A stretch of 43,710 nt of DNA from Nanobdellota archaeon (lineage in GTDB: Archaea; Nanobdellota; Nanobdellia; Pacearchaeales; GW2011-AR1): assembly GCA_028867075.1 (NCBI GenBank), contig JAGWGZ010000003.1, positions 1 to 43,710 on the forward strand. Direction: 5' to 3'. Both the position numbers and the translations under genes were made by a program. This document shows, piece by piece, positions 27,234-35,590 of this stretch (its first letter is position 1; the number at the start of each line of letters is the position of its first letter). The notes beneath the pieces were generated by a model. The model saw nothing but the letters and a program-made list of their open reading frames with translations. It was not told where the DNA came from and searched no databases.

Positions 27234-27770
27234 ATGGCAGAAGAAAAAATGGAAACAAAATTGGAAGAGAAAAAAGAAACAAAAAAGATAGCCGAAGCTC
27301 CTGAAAAAAAATCCGATGAAAAAAAGCCTGAAGCAAAGAAAGACATGAAGAAACCAAAAACAGAAGCTGTTGTCAATTCACTCAATGCCCATCTCTCGGC
27401 AAAAACAAGCGCGGCCGTATGCAAGTTTATTGTCGGAAAAACAATCAATCGGGCCATGGATGATTTGAAGGATGTCCTGTCAATGAAAAGAGCCATCCCT
27501 ATGAAGGGAGAAATCCCCCACAGGAAAGGAAAAGGCATGATGGCAGGCAGGTTCCCAAAAAATGCCTCAAAGCATTTCATCAAAATGTTAAAAACACTTG
27601 AAGGAAATGCAAATGTCAATGGGATTGAATCCCCGGTAATTGTCGAAGCAATAGCCAATATCGGAGAGAGACCATATGGGCAGTTTGGAAGAATAAGGAG
27701 AAAGAGAGCGCACATAAAGATAATTGCCAAGAATAAAATAAAGAAGGAAAGCAGGGAGAGGAAAAAGTAA
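27234..27770 (+). CDS. rpl22: 50S ribosomal protein uL22 with charged N-terminal extension
   Basis: PHRKG...GRFPKNAS, RAHIKII; operon position. Confidence 0.93.
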   Translation: MAEEKMETKLEEKKETKKIAEAPEKKSDEKKPEAKKDMKKPKTEAVVNSLNAHLSAKTSAAVCKFIVGKTINRAMDDLKDVLSMKRAIPMKGEIPHRKGKGMMAGRFPKNASKHFIKMLKTLEGNANVNGIESPVIVEAIANIGERPYGQFGRIRRKRAHIKIIAKNKIKKESRERKK

Positions 27771-27771
27771 G

Positions 27772-28440
27772 ATGGAAGAGAAAAGTGTAGTAAAGTTCAA
27801 GAAAGATGAATTTGCGATGAAAGAGTTCATAAAATATTCTCTTGGACGGGGAAAAGTCAGCAAGGTCCGAATAGAATATACTCCAGTGGGGGAGAAGATA
27901 ATAATCTCAACGCACAAAACCGGATTAGTCATCGGACGTGGCGGAGAGAGGATAGATGAACTTACAAGAATGCTCAAGACAAAATTCAAGCTTGAGAATC
28001 CGCACATAGAGATAGAAGAGATAAAACACCCTGAGTTTGATGCTCAGATAACTGCTGATGACATAGCTCTTGGCCTTGAAAAATTCGGACCTCTGAGATT
28101 CAAGGTAATTGCATACAGAATGCTCCAGAAGATAATAGACTCAAAAGCCCTCGGGGCAGAGATAAGATTGAGCGGAAAACTTCCAGGAGCACGTGCAAAG
28201 TCATGGAGATTCGCTCAAGGGTATCTGAAAAAGACGGGAGAGAGCGCAAGAGTTGTTGATCGGGCTCAGTCGCGTGCAGAAACAAGACCGGGAACCGTGG
28301 GCGTGAAAGTCGGAATCCTCCCCCCTAATGCAGTGATAAAGGACAAGATAATAATCAATGATGAACTGATCTCAAAGATGAAATCCAATTCCGAATTTGA
28401 AGAAGAGACAAAAACTAAACCAAAGAAAAACAGAAAATGA
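27772..28440 (+). CDS. rps3: 30S ribosomal protein uS3
   Basis: GLVIGRGG KH loop, SGKLPGARA, GYLKKTG. Confidence 0.97.
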   Translation: MEEKSVVKFKKDEFAMKEFIKYSLGRGKVSKVRIEYTPVGEKIIISTHKTGLVIGRGGERIDELTRMLKTKFKLENPHIEIEEIKHPEFDAQITADDIALGLEKFGPLRFKVIAYRMLQKIIDSKALGAEIRLSGKLPGARAKSWRFAQGYLKKTGESARVVDRAQSRAETRPGTVGVKVGILPPNAVIKDKIIINDELISKMKSNSEFEEETKTKPKKNRK

Positions 28441-28604
28441 AAATAAAAGACCTTAAAGGAATGAACAAAGAAGAAAGAGAAAGCCGCCTTAAAGAGCTGA
28501 GGCTTGAACTCATAAAATCAGAGATAAATGCTTCAAAATCAGGAAGTTCAAAGATAAAAAATATAAAAAAAACAATAGCACAAATACTCACACTCAACAA
28601 ATAA
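28437..28604 (+). CDS. rpl29: 50S ribosomal protein uL29, 55 aa; not in the ORF track
   Basis: MKIKDLKGMNKEERESRLKELRLELIK...IKNIKKTIAQILT; between rps3 and SUI1. Confidence 0.92.
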   Translation: MKIKDLKGMNKEERESRLKELRLELIKSEINASKSGSSKIKNIKKTIAQILTLNK

Positions 28605-28605
28605 A

Positions 28606-28893
28606 ATGAATATATGTCCAAAATGCGGATTGCCTTTAGAGGCATGCGTTTGCGAACAGATCGTGAAGGCCGACCAGAGGATACGGGTGACCCTTGACAA
28701 GAAGAAATATGGGAAAGTGGTCACGATTGTTTCCGGCTTTGACAAGGGCGTAGACATAAAAAAGGTCGCAAAAGACCTGAAGAATGAGCTCGCCTGCGGA
28801 GGAACCTTTGAGGGAAACAATGTTGAACTCCAGGGAGACCACATGAAGAGGATAAAACCTATCCTTGAAAAGATGGGCTTTAACATCGAATAA
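28606..28893 (+). CDS. sui1: Translation initiation factor aIF1 (SUI1)
   Basis: CPKCGLP, LACGGT, ELQGDH. Confidence 0.96.
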   Translation: MNICPKCGLPLEACVCEQIVKADQRIRVTLDKKKYGKVVTIVSGFDKGVDIKKVAKDLKNELACGGTFEGNNVELQGDHMKRIKPILEKMGFNIE

Positions 28894-28909
28894 GTTCGCA
28901 CAAAATAAG

Positions 28910-29266
28910 ATGAAAACAAAAATGAAAGAAACTGAGAAGAGAAAGCCGGAAGTACCGGAAAGAACTAATTGCAATGATATTAACTGCCCAATTCATGGGG
29001 CTCTCAGCCTGCGAGGAAGAACTTTCTCCGGAAAAGTGATAAAAAAGTTCCATAAAAGAATTGTAATCGAATTCGAGAGAACAGTTTATGTAAGAAAATA
29101 TGAGAGATATGCAAAAATGAAAACAAAGATTCATGCGCGCCTTCCGGACTGCATGAGCAATGAAGTGAACCTCGGAGATTATATTACAGTGAAGGAATGC
29201 AGGCCTTTGAGCAAGCTCATCCACTTTGCAGTTACTGAAAAGATAAAGGGGGTAAATGAAAAATGA
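28910..29266 (+). CDS. rps17: 30S ribosomal protein uS17
   Basis: C.D.NCP.HG.L..RG, KYERY, ECRPLSK; start 28910 or 28922. Confidence 0.95.
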   Translation: MKTKMKETEKRKPEVPERTNCNDINCPIHGALSLRGRTFSGKVIKKFHKRIVIEFERTVYVRKYERYAKMKTKIHARLPDCMSNEVNLGDYITVKECRPLSKLIHFAVTEKIKGVNEK

Positions 29267-29454
29267 AGATTAAAAATATTTTATGGATATTTGCATCGGT
29301 TATCCTCTTGTTAAGTACCATTATGAATATTAATATCATCGATAAAAATTCAACAACTTATTTGTTGTTAGGTTACATTGGTGCTGGATTAGCGATTATT
29401 ATCACAATTATGATTATAGGATCATTAATCAAAAATAAGGGAGAAATCAAATGA
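29263..29454 (+). CDS. 63-aa two-TM membrane protein inserted between rps17 and rpl14
   Basis: ATGA overlaps at both ends; two hydrophobic helices; AT-rich. Confidence 0.7.
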   Translation: MKIKNILWIFASVILLLSTIMNINIIDKNSTTYLLLGYIGAGLAIIITIMIIGSLIKNKGEIK

Positions 29455-29852
29455 AAGCAATAGGAGCAAGGACAACACGCGGTCTGAACATCGGAGCAGT
29501 TGTGACCTCTGCAGATAACAGCGGAGCAAGGATAGTGAGAATAGTCTCTGTTAAAAGATGGAAGGCAAAGAAAGGCAGGCAGGCAACCGCAAAGGTTGCG
29601 GATTGGGTAAAAGTGAGCGTAAGGAAAGGCGTCCCTGATGTCAGAGGAAAAGTCTTTGATGCTATCGTAATAAGGCAGAAAAAATCCTACAGAAGGCTCA
29701 ATGGGGAGAGAATAGCTTTTGAGGATAATGCGGTCGCATTGCTAAAGGATGAAAAAGGAAATCCAAAAGGAACACAAATTAAAGGACCAGTCGCACGAGA
29801 GGTCATGGAAAGGTGGCCGCAGGTCGCTAAGATTGCGCAGATGGTGTATTAA
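29451..29852 (+). CDS. rpl14: 50S ribosomal protein uL14
   Basis: ADNSGA, FEDNA, IKGPVARE. Confidence 0.97.
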   Translation: MKAIGARTTRGLNIGAVVTSADNSGARIVRIVSVKRWKAKKGRQATAKVADWVKVSVRKGVPDVRGKVFDAIVIRQKKSYRRLNGERIAFEDNAVALLKDEKGNPKGTQIKGPVAREVMERWPQVAKIAQMVY

Positions 29853-29853
29853 A

Positions 29854-30273
29854 ATGAAACAAAAATTTAACAAAAACTGGAAGTCAAGCAAACAACCGAG
29901 GAAACAGAGGAAATATTCAGCGAATACTCCCCTGCATCTGAAGAATAAAGCGATAAGCGCAAACCTCTCAAAAGAACTCAGAAAGAAACATGGCAGAAGA
30001 AGCCTGCCTCTCAGAAAAGGGGACAGGGTAATGATAATGACCGGGAAATTCAGGAAGAAAGAGGGCAAAATAACAAAAGTCCTCCTTAAGACTTCAAAGA
30101 TAATTATTGAGGGTATACAGATAAAGAAGAAAGATGGTTCAAAGGTAGACATAAAAATGGAGCCTTCAAACCTCAGGATAATTGAACTTAATTCAGAAGA
30201 TAAAAAAAGACTTAAAAACAGAGAAAAGAAAATGAAACCAGAGAAGAAACAGGAGGAAAAAAATGCATCTTAA
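29854..30273 (+). CDS. rpl24: 50S ribosomal protein uL24
   Basis: SKQPRKQRK, RKGD.V.IM.G, PSNL.I; start moved to ATG 29854. Confidence 0.95.
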   Translation: MKQKFNKNWKSSKQPRKQRKYSANTPLHLKNKAISANLSKELRKKHGRRSLPLRKGDRVMIMTGKFRKKEGKITKVLLKTSKIIIEGIQIKKKDGSKVDIKMEPSNLRIIELNSEDKKRLKNREKKMKPEKKQEEKNAS

Positions 30274-30928
30274 GAGAGAAGCAAGTCCTAAGAGCTGGCC
30301 AATCGAAAGAAAAGGCACGAAATATCTTGTAAGGCCAAATTACAATACTGAAAAGGGCGTGCCCATACTTATCATACTGAGAGATATGCTGAAATTTGCG
30401 GACAACAGGACGGAGGCAAAGAAAGCCCTGCATGCAAAACAGGTCCTGCTGAACAAAAAGGCCATATTTGATGACAGGGAAAATGCGCTTCTTTTTGACG
30501 TCATAACCCTCATACCTAAGAAAGAGAGCAACCTTCCCGAGAGGAATTACAGGATAACCATGAACAAAAATAAAAAATTTGACCTTGAAGAGATCAGTTC
30601 AGAAGATTCATGGCATAAGACTGCAAAAGTCATAAACAAGAAGAGCCTAAAAAAGAAGAGGGTGCAGATAAATCTCAGCGATGGAAGAAACTTCATTTCT
30701 GACATGAAATGCAATGTAAATGATTCTATGAGGATAAACCTTAAGGACAGGAAAATAGAGAAGTGCATTCCTCTTAAGGAAAATTCAGATGCATTTGTAT
30801 TTGCGGGAAAACATGCCGGAGAGAGCGGGGTAATTGAACAAATAGATAAGGGAATGAACCGGGTAAGACTTAACAGTGGGGGAAATCAGATTAACATATT
30901 AATTAAACAGCTTATGGTGCTGAAATGA
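30263..30928 (+). CDS. rps4e: 30S ribosomal protein eS4
   Basis: HLKR...P..WPI.RK, QINL.DGRN, GKHAG. Confidence 0.95.
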   Translation: MHLKREASPKSWPIERKGTKYLVRPNYNTEKGVPILIILRDMLKFADNRTEAKKALHAKQVLLNKKAIFDDRENALLFDVITLIPKKESNLPERNYRITMNKNKKFDLEEISSEDSWHKTAKVINKKSLKKKRVQINLSDGRNFISDMKCNVNDSMRINLKDRKIEKCIPLKENSDAFVFAGKHAGESGVIEQIDKGMNRVRLNSGGNQINILIKQLMVLK

Positions 30929-31422
30929 GTAAAGACATGAGGGAGATAAAGATAGAAAAGGTTGTACTTAGCGTCGGCGGGACAGAGGACAAACTCGAGA
31001 AAGGAATAAAGTTGCTGGAACTGATTACGGGGGCCAAGGCTTCAAAAATGAAGACACGAAAGAGAATCCCTTCCCTTAATGTGCGCCCGAAGCTGAATGT
31101 TGGCGCGGTCATAACCCTGAGGAGAGATACAGAAGCATTGCTAAAGAGATTGCTGGCATCTGTTGAAAACCGGCTTAGGAGGAAGCAAATCAGTGAGAAT
31201 ACATTTTCATTCGGAATCAAAGAGTACATAGAAATCCCGGGAATGGAATATCAGAGAGATTTGGGAATCCTCGGACTTGATGTAACTGTCACATTCTCCC
31301 GTGCAGGAAAGAGAATACAATTAAGAAAAGTTGGAAAGAAGATTCTTCCGGTAAAACAAAGAGTAAGCAGAGAAGAAATAATAAAATACATGGAGGAAAA
31401 GTTTCAGACAAATTTCAGATGA
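30925..31422 (+). CDS. rpl5: 50S ribosomal protein uL5
   Basis: [20 protein letters not shown]...GI.GLDV. Confidence 0.96.
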   Translation: MSKDMREIKIEKVVLSVGGTEDKLEKGIKLLELITGAKASKMKTRKRIPSLNVRPKLNVGAVITLRRDTEALLKRLLASVENRLRRKQISENTFSFGIKEYIEIPGMEYQRDLGILGLDVTVTFSRAGKRIQLRKVGKKILPVKQRVSREEIIKYMEEKFQTNFR

Positions 31423-31649
31423 CGGCAAGTGATTGGAAGAAAACATTGAAGCAGTTGAAGAGCAAGCCAACAGTCATGGAAAAGTTTATCAGGCACAATA
31501 AACCAAAGGCGAGAAAGAACGGCGTTGCATCAAAGAAGTGTGAAAGATGCGGAAGATTTGGAGCCCATATAAAATCATACGGATTAAATTTATGCAGGCA
31601 ATGCTTCAGGGAAGTCGCTGAAGACATCGGCTTTAAGAAATATTCATAA
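31419..31649 (+). CDS. rps14: 30S ribosomal protein uS14 (Zn type)
   Basis: CERCG...[12 protein letters not shown]. Confidence 0.96.
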   Translation: MTASDWKKTLKQLKSKPTVMEKFIRHNKPKARKNGVASKKCERCGRFGAHIKSYGLNLCRQCFREVAEDIGFKKYS

Positions 31650-31650
31650 A

Positions 31651-31722
31651 ATGGAAAAAATAAATTTTTTAATGTCCTTGAATAAGAAATCCTGCGAGTA
31701 CAGGATCGGAGGTTTTGCATAA
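31651..31722 (+). CDS. Putative 23-aa bridge/leader peptide MEKINFLMSLNKKSCEYRIGGFA
   Basis: ATG 1 nt after the rps14 stop; TAA overlaps the rps8 ATG; hairpin 31689-31706; similar to 26783-26830. Confidence 0.55.
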   Translation: MEKINFLMSLNKKSCEYRIGGFA

Positions 31723-32102
31723 TGGCACAAGATACAGTAGCAGATGCACTGAATATGATAAAGAATGCCAAAAAGACTGGCAAGGAGAGCGTCAGGATAA
31801 CCAGGATTTCAAACCTCTTAATTGAGATACTCAAGATCATGAAACAGAAAGAAGCTGTAAAGAGATACAAGATAGACAGCAAAGGCAGAACTGTTGAAGT
31901 TGTCCTCGGAGATTTCATAGAATGCAGGGCAATAAAGCCAAGATTCAGCGCTGACAAAAGCCAGATAGAAAAATACAGAAGGAGATATCTGCCTGCAAGG
32001 AATCTTGGAACAATGATAATCTCAACAAACCAAGGACTAATGAGCCACGAGGAGGCAACGGAGAAAGGCGTCGGAGGAAGCCTTATCGCATATTTTTACT
32101 AA
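31722..32102 (+). CDS. rps8: 30S ribosomal protein uS8
   Basis: D.VADAL..I.NA, IKPRF, STNQGLMSH.EA...GG.LIAY. Confidence 0.97.
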   Translation: MAQDTVADALNMIKNAKKTGKESVRITRISNLLIEILKIMKQKEAVKRYKIDSKGRTVEVVLGDFIECRAIKPRFSADKSQIEKYRRRYLPARNLGTMIISTNQGLMSHEEATEKGVGGSLIAYFY

Positions 32103-32103
32103 A

Positions 32104-32646
32104 ATGAAACGCGAGATAATTCAAAAGATAGAAGTTCCGGAAAATGTCAAGATTTCTATAGAAGGGAATATGGTCTCCGCAAGGGGCCCTGAGGGGGAGA
32201 ACAAGAAAAAGTTCAACTTCAGCGGGCTTGATGTAAGAATAGAGGGCAACAGAATAACTCTCGAATGCAAAAAAGCGACAAAGAAAGAAAAGAAAATGAT
32301 AAACACGGCGATGGCGCACCTAAGAAACATGATTGAGGGAGTTTCAAAGAAATTTGAGTATCTCCTCAAGATTTGTTATTCCCACTTCCCGATAACTGCA
32401 GAAGTAAAAGGAAATGAACTGGTGATAAAAAACTTCCTCGGTGAAAGGACAAACAGGAAATGCAGGATACCGCAGGGCGCGGAGGTTAAGGTGGACAAGG
32501 AAATAATAACAGTGATCTCCTCTGATAGGGAAATAGCAGGCCAGGCAGCAGCAAACATAGAACAGGCAACAAAAATAAGAAAAAGGGACCTCAGAGTATT
32601 CCAGGACGGAATTTTCATGATAAATAAGGCGGGCAAAGAGATATGA
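32104..32646 (+). CDS. rpl6: 50S ribosomal protein uL6
   Basis: YSHFPI, NFLGE, RD.RVFQDGI. Confidence 0.97.
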   Translation: MKREIIQKIEVPENVKISIEGNMVSARGPEGENKKKFNFSGLDVRIEGNRITLECKKATKKEKKMINTAMAHLRNMIEGVSKKFEYLLKICYSHFPITAEVKGNELVIKNFLGERTNRKCRIPQGAEVKVDKEIITVISSDREIAGQAAANIEQATKIRKRDLRVFQDGIFMINKAGKEI

Positions 32647-33014
32647 CGACTAAATTTCTAAGGCGCGGATGGAGCAGATATTCAAAACTCGGGCTAAGAA
32701 GGAAGAAAAAGCAGATTTGGAGAAGGCCTCACGGAAGAGACAACAAGATGAGAGAAAAAAGAAAAGGTTATCCGTCTGTTGTAAGCATAGGGCATCGAAA
32801 AGAGAAGAATTCAAGGGGAAAAATCAATGAGCAGAAAACAATTGTTGTAAGAAACATCAATGAACTGAAAAAAACCGGAAAGGGGGAGATGGCGGTATTC
32901 GGAAAAATCGGAAAAAAGAAAAAGATTGAAATGGCAAAATTCGCTCTTGAAAACAAAATCCAGGTGCATAACCTCAACATAAATAAATTCCTTAAAGAAC
33001 AAAAGAAAAAATGA
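32643..33014 (+). CDS. rpl32e: 50S ribosomal protein eL32
   Basis: KFLR, WRRP.G.DNKMR. Confidence 0.95.
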   Translation: MTTKFLRRGWSRYSKLGLRRKKKQIWRRPHGRDNKMREKRKGYPSVVSIGHRKEKNSRGKINEQKTIVVRNINELKKTGKGEMAVFGKIGKKKKIEMAKFALENKIQVHNLNINKFLKEQKKK

Positions 33015-33418
33015 AACTCGATAAGAAGAAGGCTTTGGCTGCGAAAATACTTAAGGTGGGAAAAGGGCGGATCATATTCGTGGAGCCAAGGCTGGAGGAG
33101 ATAAAGGAAGCAATTACAAAAGAGGACATCCGAGGGCTTAGGGATGATGGCGCGATAATAATAAAACCGATACGGGCAAGGAAATCGCGCGGGAAGAAAG
33201 CAAAGATACGAAGAAGCCCTGGAAACATAAGGAAGAATGCAAAGAAAACAAAGAGAGAGTATATAATCATGACAAGAAAGTTGAGAGAACATATTTCAAA
33301 ACTTAAAGAAAAGGACCTTATTACAAAAGAACAGATATCAGACATAAGAAAGAAAATAAAGAACAGATATTTCAAAAACAAGAACCAATTAAAGGAATAT
33401 ATCAATACCAAAAAATGA
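33011..33418 (+). CDS. rpl19e: 50S ribosomal protein eL19
   Basis: LAAKILKVGKGRI, AITKEDIR.L..DG.I. Confidence 0.94.
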   Translation: MKLDKKKALAAKILKVGKGRIIFVEPRLEEIKEAITKEDIRGLRDDGAIIIKPIRARKSRGKKAKIRRSPGNIRKNAKKTKREYIIMTRKLREHISKLKEKDLITKEQISDIRKKIKNRYFKNKNQLKEYINTKK

Positions 33419-33909
33419 AGAATATATTTAAGAGAAGGAAGGAAGGAAAAACAAATTATTCCAAAAGAAGGAAACTTCTAAGCAGCAACCTTCCCAGAAT
33501 AGCATTTAGGAGAACAAATAGATATGTCATCGCACAGTATATAACCTCCAATGAAGCGCGGGACAAGGTTGAAATAGGGGTAACCTCAAAAGAACTTCTT
33601 CAGCACGGGTGGCCAAAGGAAATGACCGGCAGCCTTAGGAGTTTGCCAGCATCATATCTGACAGGTCTTCTCATCGGGAAAAAGATAAAAACTGAAAAGA
33701 AAGCTGTCCCAATACCTGATTTTGGAGTTATCTCACCGAATCATAAAACAAGGCAATATGCATTCCTTAAAGGATTGGTTGACTCCGGGCTCGGAATAAA
33801 CCCCGGAGAAAAGGAAATCTTTCCAAGTTCGGAGAGGATTGAGGGAAAGCATTTAAAGAAAGATTTTTCAGCTATATTCAGGAAGATTAAATCAGAAATT
33901 GAAAAATAA
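33415..33909 (+). CDS. rpl18: 50S ribosomal protein uL18
   Basis: RRKEGKTNY.KR, SLPASYLTG, RI.G.H. Confidence 0.95.
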   Translation: MKNIFKRRKEGKTNYSKRRKLLSSNLPRIAFRRTNRYVIAQYITSNEARDKVEIGVTSKELLQHGWPKEMTGSLRSLPASYLTGLLIGKKIKTEKKAVPIPDFGVISPNHKTRQYAFLKGLVDSGLGINPGEKEIFPSSERIEGKHLKKDFSAIFRKIKSEIEK

Positions 33910-33910
33910 A

Positions 33911-34729
33911 ATGGCAGAAAAGATAAGCAGGAAAGAGCAGATCAAGAAAGAAAGCGTTGAAACTCCGGTAGCTGATGCTGCAGAAAAAATAATCGAACAG
34001 AACATAGAATCTGGCGAGAAAGAACTGGAGGAAGAACTTGAAAAGAAACTTGAGGGCAAAGAACGCATCAAAAAGGAAAGAGAAGAACCTCGCGAGGAAT
34101 TTATTCCTTGGACACCGAAAACCAAGCTCGGAAAAGAAGTCAGGGAAGGTAAAATAAAGAATATAGATGAAATCCTTGATAAGAAGACAAAGATACTGGA
34201 AGACAAGATCGTTGACTCACTTGTAAATATGAAATCTGATTTGCTCTCGGTGGGACAGGCAAAGGGAAAATTCGGGGGCGGAAAGAGAAGAGCCTGGAGA
34301 CAGACGCAGAAAAAGACAATGGAGGGAAATATTCCGAGCTTCTCAGCATTTGCAGTTGTCGGAGATGAGAACGGGCATGTGGGGGTCGGAGATGGAAAAG
34401 CGACGGAAACTTTACCTGCACGTGACAAAGCCGTAAGAAAAGCGAAACTTAATATCATAAAAATCCGCAGAGCATGTGGGAGCTTTGACTGCTCATGTTC
34501 AGAACCACACTCAATTCCGTTCAAAGTTGAGGGCAAAGCAGGAAGCGTCAGGGTCATACTTTTGCCGGCTCCACAGGGAACAGGACTTGTTGCAGCGGAT
34601 GAACTTAAAAAAGTCCTTATGCTTGCGGGAATAAAAGACATTTACAGCCAGACGTTTGGCGTTCAGAGAACAACATTCAATCTTGTAAAAGCATGCATGA
34701 ATGCGCTTGAGAAAACAAATAGAAAATGA
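33911..34729 (+). CDS. rps5: 30S ribosomal protein uS5 with acidic N-terminal extension
   Basis: W.PKTKLG, CGS.DC.C..PHS.PF, PAP.GTGL. Confidence 0.96.
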   Translation: MAEKISRKEQIKKESVETPVADAAEKIIEQNIESGEKELEEELEKKLEGKERIKKEREEPREEFIPWTPKTKLGKEVREGKIKNIDEILDKKTKILEDKIVDSLVNMKSDLLSVGQAKGKFGGGKRRAWRQTQKKTMEGNIPSFSAFAVVGDENGHVGVGDGKATETLPARDKAVRKAKLNIIKIRRACGSFDCSCSEPHSIPFKVEGKAGSVRVILLPAPQGTGLVAADELKKVLMLAGIKDIYSQTFGVQRTTFNLVKACMNALEKTNRK

Positions 34730-35082
34730 TAGCCGTAATAAGAATTAGGGGGGAAGTCGGAGTGAAGAGGGACATAGAGGAAACTCTGAACAGACTCAGA
34801 TTGAAGAAGAAGTACTCGTGCATTGTCATCCAAAGTCCAAAAGAAGAACAGATTGGAATGATAAAGAAAGTCAAGGATTTCGTGGCTTTCGGGGAAATTG
34901 ATGATGTAATGTACAAAAAGCTTGTTGAAAAAAGAGGAAAGAAGGATTCGCAAGGAAAATTGAAACCGTTCTTCAGACTTCATCCGCCGCGGGGAGGAAT
35001 AAAAAGTAAGGAAAGTTTCCCAAAAGGTGTTCTTGGCAATCACAAAGAGAAAATAAATGAACTTTTAGAGAGGATGTTATGA
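34726..35082 (+). CDS. rpl30: 50S ribosomal protein uL30
   Basis: AVIRIRG, FRLHPPRGG, INELL.RM. Confidence 0.96.
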   Translation: MIAVIRIRGEVGVKRDIEETLNRLRLKKKYSCIVIQSPKEEQIGMIKKVKDFVAFGEIDDVMYKKLVEKRGKKDSQGKLKPFFRLHPPRGGIKSKESFPKGVLGNHKEKINELLERML

Positions 35083-35552
35083 TAAAAACACACAGAAAAA
35101 GAAAAACAGGGAAATACAGAGGAAAGAGAGCAGGCACCTATGGATGGGGTGCGAGGAAGAAACACAAAAAGTCAGGGCATCGCGGAGGAAAGGGTATGGC
35201 TGGAAGCGGAAAGAGGGCAGACCAGAAAAAAACACTCCTGCTAAAACTTTACGGAAATAACTATTTCGGAAAACAAGGAATAACAAGCAGGAAGACGATG
35301 AAGGATAAATCCGATAGGATAAATCTCAGAGACATTGAGATGAATCTTGAAAGTTATATTAATAAGGGAATTGCCAAGAGAACACAAAAGGAAATTGAAA
35401 TTAACCTTAAGTCCTATAAAATTCTTGGAAGCGGGCAAGTAAAAAATAAATTTCTTATAAATGCAAAATCCGCATCACAGTCTGCAATTGAAAAAGTGAA
35501 AAAGGCAGGCGGGGAGATTATCGTCGCGAATAATCCAGAAAACCAGCAATAA
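35079..35552 (+). CDS. rpl15: 50S ribosomal protein uL15
   Basis: G.RGGKGMAG.GK, FGK.G, KILG.G, SAIEKVKKAGG. Confidence 0.96.
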   Translation: MIKTHRKRKTGKYRGKRAGTYGWGARKKHKKSGHRGGKGMAGSGKRADQKKTLLLKLYGNNYFGKQGITSRKTMKDKSDRINLRDIEMNLESYINKGIAKRTQKEIEINLKSYKILGSGQVKNKFLINAKSASQSAIEKVKKAGGEIIVANNPENQQ

Positions 35553-35590
35553 CCCAGCAGACTTAAAAACTGATTTTTATTAAATAAAAC

